From Candidatus Moraniibacteriota bacterium (GTDB lineage Bacteria; Patescibacteriota; Minisyncoccia; Moranbacterales; DUUL01), in assembly GCA_041583775.1 (NCBI GenBank), contig JBFHFF010000001.1:94676-158675 (forward strand): 64,000 nucleotides of DNA, given 5' to 3'. Below the pieces are notes generated by a model, which searched no databases, had not been told where the DNA came from, and worked only from the letters and a program-made list of their open reading frames with translations. The translations under genes and the position numbers were made by a program. This document shows, one piece after another, positions 1-9,315 of the stretch (the stretch's first letter is position 1; every line of letters begins with the position of its first letter).

Positions 1-12
1 GAAATCTCAACA

Positions 13-1410
13 CTATTTTTCAAAAACAAGTTTGGCATCTTTTTTCAAAACAAGTTCTTGGTCAAATTCACCATCCATAGTTTTTACATGCACTTTTACC
101 GGAATATCTCCTACTCCTGATTGCTTTTGGATATAAAGTTTATAATCATCTTTTACAAAATCTGGCAACTCATAGGTAATAACGGCTTTCGTTTGTCGAT
201 TGATTAGAGTGTGTGCAATAAAACCAAAATAAGTTTTTCCAAACTCTTCTTGGATATTTGGATAACTAACCATCTTTCTGTCAACCAAATTTGAGCCCTT
301 TGGTACATACATTCTTAAATATGAATGATAATCACTTGTTCTCCAGTCACCATAAGTAGCTGTGTGAGTATAGGTATATTCCAATGTTGCAGTTGGTTTC
401 TCAAGTGTTAAATCTACATTATAGCTAATGTCTCTTTTCATGAAATAATCCGATTTCAACGCACCAAGATTTGCGTCAACCAGCATCAAATAGTCTCCAT
501 CCCATGTTGTATCAACAATACCTCCCCATTCAACATCTTCAATCATTTTCTGAACTTCAGCGTCCTCAAAGCTAATCATAATGTCTTTGTTTTGCAATTC
601 TGCCAAAGCAAGGTCAGCTGTCTTTTTTAAATTTTCAGGACTAAGCAGTTTTTGAGCCACCGCTGGTGCTAATTTCTTCATTACAGCTTTTCTGTTTTGT
701 GTATCAAGAGTTTCATCCAAAAGATATCTCTTCTCCACATATTCCTCCAACTTCAACACCGCATCCTCACTTCGATATGTTCCATATCCCCCCAAATCTA
801 TTGGCCCTGTAATCTCCAAAGCCCTGTTAAGCACTGAGGAATTCACAGCAATTACTCCATCGAAATTACTATTCCCTCCCGACAAACGATAAAAATATTT
901 TGCCTTTTCTACATTGGTTGGAAAATCCGCAGAAAAATTAGAGTCTCTAAATTTCCATTTCTTGATTTGCATCATTTTTGTAAATGGATATGGCGGAGTT
1001 ATTTTTGCTGTGATTCTCTGATCAAGTAAGTTTGCATCTTCAATAAATAAATCTGTCATCTCGCCATTTTTAACCTTAACAACAGCATATTGCCCCAAGA
1101 ACCCTCCGCCTGGACGAAGTTCCATATTATTTTGCAACATCAACATATACCTTCGTTCAACATTGTCTTTTTTTAACATATATTCAACCAGTTTATCAAC
1201 TGTTTCTATTTCTTTTTTAGTGTCCTGTTCCACTGGAAGGAATTTAACAATTTTCTCAAAAGTTGAAATGGTATTGACAATCAAAGATGTTTTGTCAATG
1301 TCTCCAGACTTCCAACGATGAGCGAAAATACCAGCACTAATAATAAAACCAACTAAAATAAGTATAATTATAATCGTAACTACTTTAAACCCCCTTTTCT
1401 TTTTAAGCAT
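13..1410 (-). CDS. Membrane-anchored (N-terminal TM) extracytoplasmic protein of unknown function, 465 aa
   Basis: Long uninterrupted ORF. N-terminal hydrophobic helix (VVTIIIILILVGFIISAGIF) is followed by a large soluble region. No catalytic motif recognised. Resembles DUF-type envelope proteins, but I cannot confirm a family. Confidence 0.55.
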   Translation of the reverse strand: MLKKKRGFKVVTIIIILILVGFIISAGIFAHRWKSGDIDKTSLIVNTISTFEKIVKFLPVEQDTKKEIETVDKLVEYMLKKDNVERRYMLMLQNNMELRPGGGFLGQYAVVKVKNGEMTDLFIEDANLLDQRITAKITPPYPFTKMMQIKKWKFRDSNFSADFPTNVEKAKYFYRLSGGNSNFDGVIAVNSSVLNRALEITGPIDLGGYGTYRSEDAVLKLEEYVEKRYLLDETLDTQNRKAVMKKLAPAVAQKLLSPENLKKTADLALAELQNKDIMISFEDAEVQKMIEDVEWGGIVDTTWDGDYLMLVDANLGALKSDYFMKRDISYNVDLTLEKPTATLEYTYTHTATYGDWRTSDYHSYLRMYVPKGSNLVDRKMVSYPNIQEEFGKTYFGFIAHTLINRQTKAVITYELPDFVKDDYKLYIQKQSGVGDIPVKVHVKTMDGEFDQELVLKKDAKLVFEK

Positions 1411-1504
1411 TTTTTTAATTCCAAAATTTATATTTATTTACCAGAGCAATGTAGCAATATTAACAAAACTAATTAAATGTTGCAATGATCAAATTCTCGT
1501 TAAA

Positions 1505-1996
1505 TCAGCGCCTTAGATTTAAAATATAAATAACTGCAACTGGAGCAATCATCCAAGCTAACTGAGCCTCGTCTGAACGAAAAAGATTTAAAGCAAAGAC
1601 TGAAAAGGTTTCATTCAAAACACTCTTCGAATACCAGTGCATAACAATACTAGCAACAAAACCAACTGTTGTAACAGAAACAATTATTGTCTTTATCCAT
1701 TCGGAAATCAAACTACTTCCAACAGTAACTTCTCCAAAAAATTTCTTGAAAATAAAAAACAATATAACGGAAGCTAAAAGTAAAAAAACTAATCTAATTG
1801 TTGGCTCTCCCATCCAATCGAAAAACATCTTTGTTTGTATTGCATAAGCTCCATAAACAGCTGCAATTAAAGCTCCTAAATTTTGTTTTTTAACCAAAAG
1901 AACCAACAACACGCTAGCCCCTAAGAAAAGAAAGGTCACCCAAACATCACCAGCAAATTGTTTTGGCACCCCAAAACCAATCAATAAATCAAGCAT
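1505..1996 (-). CDS. Integral membrane protein, 4-5 predicted TM helices, function unknown
   Basis: 163-aa ORF made almost entirely of hydrophobic segments. It sits tightly between two other minus-strand genes. Confidence 0.5.
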   Translation of the reverse strand: MLDLLIGFGVPKQFAGDVWVTFLFLGASVLLVLLVKKQNLGALIAAVYGAYAIQTKMFFDWMGEPTIRLVFLLLASVILFFIFKKFFGEVTVGSSLISEWIKTIIVSVTTVGFVASIVMHWYSKSVLNETFSVFALNLFRSDEAQLAWMIAPVAVIYILNLRR

Positions 1997-2000
1997 TTTT

Positions 2001-3071
2001 TTATTTTATTTTAAACTCACTAATCTTTTCTTGTTTGTTATTATAACCAAAAAGTGTCATTTCTTTTTCATCAAAATCAATTTTCAAAAATGAAACACCT
2101 TTTTCATTCACAGACATATTTCCAAAATCTCCAACGGAAAAATATGAAACACCTCCTTCTTTTTGATTAGAAAAATTCCCTTGATCGCCAGAAACAACCA
2201 AATCAACATTGTACTTTATAAATAAATCTTTCACCTTATTTTTAACTTCAACAAAACATTCACCTTTACATTTTTTTTTGCTTTCAAAATCATTTATTGA
2301 AGTATATGAAACTACAATTGTATTTTCTTTTTTATTATTTAATAATTCATTATCAAGCCAACTCAAATTATTTTCCCAATCATCACCAAAAAACTTGGGA
2401 CCTAAGAGCAAAATTTTTGCACTTTCATACTCAAAAGAATGAAAGAAAAGTAACTCACCTTTTTTTATTTCCGTTTTCTTACCAAAAAAAATCTCATTCC
2501 AACTTTCTATACACTTTTCACCACAAGCAATATCAGGATTTCCAAAAGTGATACTAAATTCATTTTCAAAGTTCGAAGAAAGTAAATCTTTTATTCTCAA
2601 AATTCTCTCAGAAATAATTTCAGTTTTCCCATCTTCAAAATCAATAAGCCCTCCCGCAAAAATTACTGGGCCAAAATCTAATTTGGCTATATCTGCTAAC
2701 CTACTTTCTATAACATCGTCTTCGTTTTTCACTTCAACATCCAACGCACCCCCGATAAAAACCAGGGATTCTTTTTTAGAAATACTATCTTCGACATTAG
2801 AGATTTTCGTGATCGATTCCTCTTTATTTAATTCCTTCTCAGCCGCTTCTGCATTATCAATTATTTTCAAATTTATCTTCCCAGAAAAATTTTGCTTATA
2901 AGCAAATACATTTTCATCATTGATACCATCTTTTATTCGGCTAAATTTCTGATTATCTTGGCTTGTACAATAAAATATTCCACCAACAAAAAAAACTGAC
3001 AAAATAATCACTCCCAAAAATATCACATTCAATTTTTGAATTAATTTCATTTTTATTTTTTTAGAAAACAC
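2001..3071 (-). CDS. Calcineurin-like metallophosphoesterase-fold protein with degenerate active-site motifs (probable pseudo-phosphatase), N-terminal TM anchor
   Basis: The spacing matches MPE motifs I-III and V, but the ligand residues are substituted: LVFIGGALD for GDxHG, FAGGLIDFEDG for GDxxDRG, FGNPD for GNHD/E, and VVSGDQGN for GHxH. N-terminal TM helix IFLGVIILSVFFVGGIFY. Confidence 0.5.
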   Translation of the reverse strand: MFSKKIKMKLIQKLNVIFLGVIILSVFFVGGIFYCTSQDNQKFSRIKDGINDENVFAYKQNFSGKINLKIIDNAEAAEKELNKEESITKISNVEDSISKKESLVFIGGALDVEVKNEDDVIESRLADIAKLDFGPVIFAGGLIDFEDGKTEIISERILRIKDLLSSNFENEFSITFGNPDIACGEKCIESWNEIFFGKKTEIKKGELLFFHSFEYESAKILLLGPKFFGDDWENNLSWLDNELLNNKKENTIVVSYTSINDFESKKKCKGECFVEVKNKVKDLFIKYNVDLVVSGDQGNFSNQKEGGVSYFSVGDFGNMSVNEKGVSFLKIDFDEKEMTLFGYNNKQEKISEFKIK

Positions 3072-3224
3072 AAATGTGATTATATTATACAGCGTAACCA
3101 GTAAATTTAAAAGTCCCTAAAGGTTTCATTGGCAACAAAATAAATACCTTTTATTTTGAGATAAACTCAATTGAATTTATCCTTTTTTTACTATATACTT
3201 TAAAATATTTCGTAAACAAAATAA

Positions 3225-4079
3225 ATGTTTTCTTTTTGGCATACCCTTCCACAAAAAATCAATCCCGTAGCCTTCGAAATTGCAAATTTTAGTATTCTTT
3301 GGTATTCAATTTCTTATCTTTTTGCTTTTTTTACGGTCTACTTTTTCATTAAAATCAAAATAAAAAACAATAATCCCCTTGCTACAAAAATTTTCCGAAG
3401 CGAAAAACCTTTTGAAGTTTTTGAGACTCTCTTTTTTTATTCAATAGTTGGTTTAATCCTGGGAGCTAAGATTGGGTTTATTTTTTTCTATGATTTTTCT
3501 AATTTTATCTCCAATCCCTTGCAATCATTAAGTCCTTTTTACAACAACTCTTTTGTGGGCTTTTCCGGGCTATCTTTTCATGGCGCGGTTGTGGGAATTA
3601 TACTTGCGAGTTTTTGGTTTTGCAAAAAACATTCCTTGAACTTCTTACATATTGCAAATTTCACTATAATATCAATTCCTTTGGGTTATTTTTGGGGAAG
3701 AATTGGAAATTTTTTAAATGGTGAGCTATATGGCAGGATTACAGAAAGTCCAATTGGAATGTGTTTTCCAAGAGCTGGCGATTGCTTACTTGGGAAAAGA
3801 CATCCATCACAATTATATGAAGCTTTAGGAGAAGGATTTTTCCTATTTCTTATTCTTTTTTTACTCAATAAAACAAAGGCTGGTGCGAAAATGCTATTCC
3901 CTTCTTGGTTAATTTTCTATGGAATTATTAGATTTATAATTGAATTTTTCAGAGAACCAGATTTACAAATAGGATTTATTGCATTAGGCTTGACAATGGG
4001 TCAATTATTATGCTTTTGTATGATAATAATGGGTGTTGTTATTTTATTATTTAATTTCAGTCATCATTTTAAAAAATAA
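3225..4079 (+). CDS. lgt: Prolipoprotein diacylglyceryl transferase
   Basis: Multi-TM protein carrying the Lgt signature GRIGNFLNGELYGR. Size 284 aa is typical. Confidence 0.9.
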   Translation: MFSFWHTLPQKINPVAFEIANFSILWYSISYLFAFFTVYFFIKIKIKNNNPLATKIFRSEKPFEVFETLFFYSIVGLILGAKIGFIFFYDFSNFISNPLQSLSPFYNNSFVGFSGLSFHGAVVGIILASFWFCKKHSLNFLHIANFTIISIPLGYFWGRIGNFLNGELYGRITESPIGMCFPRAGDCLLGKRHPSQLYEALGEGFFLFLILFLLNKTKAGAKMLFPSWLIFYGIIRFIIEFFREPDLQIGFIALGLTMGQLLCFCMIIMGVVILLFNFSHHFKK

Positions 4080-4098
4080 ACTTCATAATTTCTTTATA

Positions 4099-5220
4099 AT
4101 GAAAATTCTAGCCATCGAAACCTCCTGTGATGAAACTGCCGCTGCAATTTTAGATTGCAACGAAAACAATAATCAAATTAAACTGATTTCAAATATTGTT
4201 TCCTCTCAAATTAAACTTCACGCTAAATGGGGAGGCGTAGTTCCTAATCTTGCCGCCCGAGAACACCTAAAAAACATTGTACCTGTAATAGAGGAGGCTC
4301 TTGAAAAAAGTGGCTACTCATTAGATATTATCGACCTAATTGCTGTTACAAAAGGTCCTGGTCTAATCCCAGCTCTACTCATAGGAACAAATGCTGCAAA
4401 AGCCTTGTCTTATTCTAAATCCATTCCGCTCCTTGGAATTCATCACATAGAAGGACATCTCTACGCTCACACAATTGGTGACGATCCAAATAATATCAAC
4501 TTCCCCTTATTAGCGCTAACAGTTTCTGGTGGCCACACACAAATTATCTTAATGAAAGATCATTTAAAATACGAAGTAATTGGGCAAACACAAGATGACG
4601 CCGCGGGCGAAGCTTTCGATAAGGTTGCAAAAATGCTCGAACTTGGATATCCGGGAGGCCCTATCGTCTCAGAATATGCAAGTAAATTTGAGGAAACGAA
4701 AAAAAAGATTGCCGACAAAAATCTATTAAAAGAACTTGAATCAATTATCTTTCCACGACCAATGCTTAATAGTGGTGATTTCAATTTTTCTTTTTCCGGA
4801 CTAAAAACATCTGTTTCATATTTTTTCCAAAAGATTCAAAAAATGAATCTTGACGACAAAACTTTGAAATTATACAAGATGGCAATCTGCAAATCTTTTC
4901 AAGATGCTACCGTTGATGTTTTGACGAAAAAAATGAGCAAAGCCACTAAAGAGCTATCACCAAAAACAGTTATTTTAGCTGGCGGTGTTTCAGCAAATCT
5001 ATTTTTGCAAGAAACTCTCGAAAAAGAAATATCAAAAAATTTCCCCGAGGTTAAATTTTTAAAACCAGCATTAGAATTTTGTGGCGACAATGCTGCAATG
5101 ATTGGCGCTGCTGCTTTTATAAGATATCAGAAATTAAAAGATCTCGGACAACTAGATAGACTCAAAACTGAATGGGAAAATTTAGAAGCAGATTCGAATT
5201 TTAAGCTTGAAAGTGTCTAA
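4099..5220 (+). CDS. tsaD: tRNA N6-adenosine threonylcarbamoyltransferase TsaD (Kae1/YgjD family)
   Basis: Starts MKILAIETSCDETAAAIL and contains GGVVPNLAAREH and the HHIEGH metal-binding motif. The tracked ORF starts at 4033. I prefer the internal ATG at 4099 because it gives the canonical N-terminus and avoids overlapping lgt. Confidence 0.9.
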   Translation: MKILAIETSCDETAAAILDCNENNNQIKLISNIVSSQIKLHAKWGGVVPNLAAREHLKNIVPVIEEALEKSGYSLDIIDLIAVTKGPGLIPALLIGTNAAKALSYSKSIPLLGIHHIEGHLYAHTIGDDPNNINFPLLALTVSGGHTQIILMKDHLKYEVIGQTQDDAAGEAFDKVAKMLELGYPGGPIVSEYASKFEETKKKIADKNLLKELESIIFPRPMLNSGDFNFSFSGLKTSVSYFFQKIQKMNLDDKTLKLYKMAICKSFQDATVDVLTKKMSKATKELSPKTVILAGGVSANLFLQETLEKEISKNFPEVKFLKPALEFCGDNAAMIGAAAFIRYQKLKDLGQLDRLKTEWENLEADSNFKLESV

Positions 5221-5303
5221 TTTGTGTTTAATATTATTACATTGAGATTTATTTTTACAAAATAGCAACTTCCAGCATTTTAAAAATCAAGGGAGGAAAT
5301 CCG

Positions 5304-5516
5304 ATGTTAAAAAACCTGAACATTCCGAGTCTAGAAAAAGTTTTTCCCATAATCGGAAAGGTATTGTACGCAGTAGCTCTATTATTAGCATTTGCGTTTC
5401 TTTTGTTTAGTGCTAACCAAAAAAATAACCACAGAAAAGTTGGACTCAGTCATTCAATGGCACTCGAAGATTTCATCATAAACATAAATGAGGAAAAGAG
5501 TTTAACGGAAGAGTGA
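5304..5516 (+). CDS. Small membrane protein (70 aa), unknown function
   Basis: Strong SD (AGGGAGGA) sits 6-7 nt upstream of the ATG. One TM helix (VLYAVALLLAFAFLLF). Followed by an intergenic region with hairpins. Confidence 0.4.
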   Translation: MLKNLNIPSLEKVFPIIGKVLYAVALLLAFAFLLFSANQKNNHRKVGLSHSMALEDFIININEEKSLTEE

Positions 5517-5850
5517 CATCTCGCAAGAATGCTTTTATTAAAGAATGCACTTCAAAGCTTTGATAATAAAGCTCTCGTGGATGATGGCTTTGTTTTATCC
5601 TGAGATATTCTCTTGGTGTCAGATTCTCCTGAAAATTACCGCATGAAAATATTACTAAATAATTTTACATATGAAATTACTGCGGATGTCAGAAACAGAT
5701 ATCTCAATGCCTTGAGGGAGTTTTACAAGGTATGTGATTTAGAAATTTCTTGGGTAGCTGGCATTGCTGGCTAACCCTACTCTGAACCATAAACTGTGGA
5801 AATAAGCCGAGTTCGAAAATTTTCAAACTCGACTTATTCATTTCAAAAAT

Positions 5851-5880
5851 AAAACAGGTCTTGCACCTGCTTTATTTTTT
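5851..5880. terminator. Bidirectional intrinsic terminator (stem caggt/acctg, U-runs on both sides)
   Basis: Hairpin 5855-5869 is flanked by an A-run upstream and a T-run downstream. It lies directly 3' of the minus-strand coupling-ATPase gene and 3' of the plus-strand small ORF. Confidence 0.55.
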
Positions 5881-5882
5881 AT

Positions 5883-8369
5883 TTATTTTGATAACTGTCT
5901 TAAATCTTTCAAACCAGCTCTTTTCCTAATTTCAGCTTCCACGATTTCTCTGTCTCTTCCATATTTATACCTTGACAACTCCTTAAGGGCATTTCGCATT
6001 TCGATACTACCTTTTGTTGGAGGATATGTTTTCATATCAAATGATGCTGAAGTTTTATTGTTCATTAGGAGCTTTGCAAAGCACTGATAGTTTGCCACAT
6101 TAATCAAGTCACTAGCATCAAACTCTGGGGCAAATTGCTTTTCAAGAAATTCTGCATCCTCTGAACCAACTCGAAATGCGCAAATAGAACCAACATTACC
6201 AAAAACGGCCTTGGAGATGTTTTCTGAAAGTTGTCCAATAAATTGATGTGCAACTATAAGTGCAAGTCTATACTTTCTTGCTTCTGCCAAAATCTGAGAA
6301 ATTGAATCAGTCGTGAAATTGTGAAACTCGTCTATATATAAATAAAAATCCTTTCTTTCATCTTCTTCCATATCAACACGAGAAAGTGCTGCCATTAACA
6401 ATTTACCAACAATAATCATTCCCAATAAATGACTGTTAATCTCTCCAATTTTCCCCTTGGAAAGGTTTACTAAGAGAATTTTTTGCTTATCCATAATATC
6501 CCTGAAATCAAAAGTACTCTTTTGTTGAGAAATTATAGGACGCATAATATCATTTGAAATAAATGTTGTAAGTTTTGATGTAATATATGGGGCAATGTTT
6601 TCCAAAGCAGCGTCTCCGCCTGCTTTTTCGGCCTCTTTTTCCCAAAAATCAACGACTGTTGCATCCTGACAACGCTTTAGTTTTTCTTTTCTAAATTCAA
6701 GATCACGAAAAACTCTCGGGACTTCCATTAATGTTGAACCAATATCTGGACTATCCATAACCAACAACATAGCATTACGCATATATTGCTCAAACATTGG
6801 ACCACCAGTTGATTTCAAATCATACAACTTGTCAAAAATAGCTAAGGTTTCATTTATAACAAATGTTTTTTGTTCTGGACGCTTCGGATCATATTCCATA
6901 ATATTCAAAGAAAATGGCCTTTCCATATCAGATGGATCAAAATAAATCACATCATCTGCTCTTTCTTTTGGAATATTTTCCAAGATATGATCAATCAAAT
7001 CGCCATGTGGATCAATAATGCACATTCCAGATTTCTTAGCATCCTGTTTTGCCATTTCTTCTATGAATGTTGATTTACCTGTTCCGGTTTGTCCTATGAT
7101 ATAAAGATGCCTTCTACGGTCATCCTCTGATAATCTCATTTCCGTTTTAGATCCTCTAAAGTCACTATATCCAACAGCGAGACCTTCTTTTGGTATATCT
7201 GCTGGAGGAGGAGCAATTTTAGATTTGAGCCAATTTATCTTTGGGGTTTCTGTGGTAGAAATTGGAAAATGAAAAATACTTGCCAATTCTTCAGTATCCA
7301 GTACCATCTTGTACCTGTCTGAAAAATTTCTAAAAATATAATCATAGGCGATTTTATGCGCATTTTTCGCCTTATTCCTAATTGCAATAAATTTATTCAA
7401 ACTTTCATCCTCAAACTGAACAAAGGCGTTTTCTATTGATGCCAAAATCATTTCGGCCCTCTCTTTTGTTGCAGCTGATGCAACTAATCGCACATTAGTT
7501 TCAAAATGCGCTTTTTTAACCTTAGATTCAAGCCTCGATATCACCTCTTGCTCTTCTGGTGTCAAGGAAATTGGTGTTTTTTCAGCAGCTTGTTCTTTTA
7601 CTGTCTTGCCCATAAGAACACCTGAAATATCTGAACCAAGATTCTTTGCAACAAGCCCCGTCTTTGACATTGAAGCTTCACCTAATCGTTGTCCTTGCTG
7701 CATTTGTTGAGCAGTCCTTATGCCTCTCTCTTTCCACTTCCTACTACTACGACGCAAAATAATTTGAATTGCCGCTCCTTCTTGCTCGTCTTCAAGTTTT
7801 GATAATGCATTTGCAATATTTTGCAAAGGATCTGATTCAAGATGTCTATATGTTCTTATCGGAAAAGAATCTTCCTTCTTAAGCTGTAAGCGACTTGCAA
7901 CAGTAACCCCATCTGGTCTAAATATTGTATATTCTGAAGCACTTTCAATGTGGGCAGCTGGATAGAAACTATGTATTTGTTTTTCAATAACCTCCTTAAA
8001 ACGAGCTGGCATAGCTACATAAAACACAATATTCTCACTATCAGAAGAGACTGCAATTTCAAGTGCAATATGCGGTTCTCCAAAAATAATTCTATGAAAA
8101 AAATCTCTATGTTGCGGTAAATCAGAAAGAGATGATAATAATTGTTCCATCTTGGAAATCTCTTCTTTTTCTCCAGCTCCTCTTGTTTCTGGGGATTGCC
8201 CATTTTGAGACTTTGGCTTTACCACCTTAATAACATCCAGTGTTTGGTTTAGGGATTGAGTTAAATCAGCCCTAAACCTAAGATATCTCCGCAGTAAAAG
8301 CCATCCACCAGAAATAAGCATCAACATTCCAGTGAAAAGCGAAAGCCCAAAAAACAAACTTTGCATCAT
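5883..8369 (-). CDS. TraD/TraG/VirD4-type type IV coupling protein-like ATPase (TrwB AAD-binding/DUF87-like P-loop), N-terminal TM anchor
   Basis: N-terminal TM helix, then a long linker, then Walker A HLYIIGQTGTGKST, the adjacent IIDPHGD motif, Walker B FYLYIDEFHNF and the C-terminal LALIVAHQFIGQL motif typical of the TraD/TraG C-terminal region. Confidence 0.7.
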   Translation of the reverse strand: MMQSLFFGLSLFTGMLMLISGGWLLLRRYLRFRADLTQSLNQTLDVIKVVKPKSQNGQSPETRGAGEKEEISKMEQLLSSLSDLPQHRDFFHRIIFGEPHIALEIAVSSDSENIVFYVAMPARFKEVIEKQIHSFYPAAHIESASEYTIFRPDGVTVASRLQLKKEDSFPIRTYRHLESDPLQNIANALSKLEDEQEGAAIQIILRRSSRKWKERGIRTAQQMQQGQRLGEASMSKTGLVAKNLGSDISGVLMGKTVKEQAAEKTPISLTPEEQEVISRLESKVKKAHFETNVRLVASAATKERAEMILASIENAFVQFEDESLNKFIAIRNKAKNAHKIAYDYIFRNFSDRYKMVLDTEELASIFHFPISTTETPKINWLKSKIAPPPADIPKEGLAVGYSDFRGSKTEMRLSEDDRRRHLYIIGQTGTGKSTFIEEMAKQDAKKSGMCIIDPHGDLIDHILENIPKERADDVIYFDPSDMERPFSLNIMEYDPKRPEQKTFVINETLAIFDKLYDLKSTGGPMFEQYMRNAMLLVMDSPDIGSTLMEVPRVFRDLEFRKEKLKRCQDATVVDFWEKEAEKAGGDAALENIAPYITSKLTTFISNDIMRPIISQQKSTFDFRDIMDKQKILLVNLSKGKIGEINSHLLGMIIVGKLLMAALSRVDMEEDERKDFYLYIDEFHNFTTDSISQILAEARKYRLALIVAHQFIGQLSENISKAVFGNVGSICAFRVGSEDAEFLEKQFAPEFDASDLINVANYQCFAKLLMNNKTSASFDMKTYPPTKGSIEMRNALKELSRYKYGRDREIVEAEIRKRAGLKDLRQLSK

Positions 8370-8395
8370 TTTTATTTTAAAAATTTATTTCTTTT

Positions 8396-8893
8396 TTATT
8401 TTATATCCTCCAATAAACCTTTTTTAATAAGAGCTTCCCTTGCCTGATCTACTGTTAAATTGTCGTGTACCTTGTCTAAGATATAATTATTGTTAATATG
8501 TTGTGCAACCTTTATTGCAAAATAAGGGTTTTTTTTGGAAGCTATTTCAACAATTTTAGCTATTTGATCGTCTGGATTTTGTAAAGAAGTTACATCCTTA
8601 GCATGGAATTTTACATGCTTTTCCTCATCTTCTTTTGTTTTTTGATTATCACTTTGTTGTGTTGTTTTGGCTGGAGATGGTGTATTTCCTATTTTTTCTT
8701 GAGCTTGCTCAATCGCAACTTCACTTTTGTGAACCATCTCTCGATTCCTTTCAATTAAATTTTCCAGTTTATTTTTTCCACTTCCCTGTTCTTTCTTAGC
8801 ATTTTCAGCATTTTCAGCATTTTTTAATTTTTCCACAAAGCTTTGGGCGCTATCTTCAACCTCTTGATTAATATCTAATTCCTGTTCTGGCAT
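8396..8893 (-). CDS. Acidic, low-complexity hypothetical protein (165 aa), co-operonic with the coupling ATPase
   Basis: ORF lies 26 bp upstream of the ATPase gene. E/K/Q-rich with an NAENAENA repeat. No TM. Confidence 0.5.
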   Translation of the reverse strand: MPEQELDINQEVEDSAQSFVEKLKNAENAENAKKEQGSGKNKLENLIERNREMVHKSEVAIEQAQEKIGNTPSPAKTTQQSDNQKTKEDEEKHVKFHAKDVTSLQNPDDQIAKIVEIASKKNPYFAIKVAQHINNNYILDKVHDNLTVDQAREALIKKGLLEDIK

Positions 8894-8932
8894 TTTTTTA
8901 CCTTATTAAATTATAAATCCTTTCTAAAAAAT

Positions 8933-9304
8933 TTATTCCTCACCAAATGATTCTGTCACATTTTCCACCTCTGACTCATTTCCTATAGCGTTATTCATAA
9001 ATTCATGCATCTCTTTTTTATATTTACCTATTTCGTCCAAAATAAGACTCTCCACATTAGGAAGATTTTCCTTCAAAAATAAATCAACCTCTTCCCCGCT
9101 TTCACTAGCAGAATTTATTACGCTGGCAAAATCTTCTTTTTTATTTTCAGGGAGTTCGGAAACTATTCTTAAAACTATTCTTTGTTGAATAATCTCTCCC
9201 ATTTGTATTAAAGTTTCCTCTCGTTGCTCTTTTGGCAGACTATCGATACCAAGTTCTTTTATTAAATCAACTTGAGCGGTTTTGATGTTTTCTTTTAAAG
9301 ACAT
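8933..9304 (-). CDS. Small acidic hypothetical protein (123 aa), co-operonic
   Basis: Separated by 11 bp from the upstream giant gene and 39 bp from the next gene. Acidic C-terminal tail. Confidence 0.5.
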   Translation of the reverse strand: MSLKENIKTAQVDLIKELGIDSLPKEQREETLIQMGEIIQQRIVLRIVSELPENKKEDFASVINSASESGEEVDLFLKENLPNVESLILDEIGKYKKEMHEFMNNAIGNESEVENVTESFGEE

Positions 9305-9315
9305 TTATTTTTTAA

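Noticed and set aside
4033-4098. Upstream extension of the tsaD ORF (MLLFYYLISVIILKNKLHNFFI...) overlapping the end of lgt
   Set aside because: The extension is hydrophobic read-through of the lgt 3' region in another frame. The canonical TsaD N-terminus MKILAIETSCDET begins at the ATG at 4099, so I placed the start there.
5644-5775. 43-codon plus-strand ORF (MKILLNNFTYEITADVRNRYLNALREFYKVCDLEISWVAGIAG) in the 5517-5850 intergenic region
   Set aside because: It has no recognisable SD and is below a reliable length. It could be a gene remnant, but the evidence is insufficient to call a CDS.
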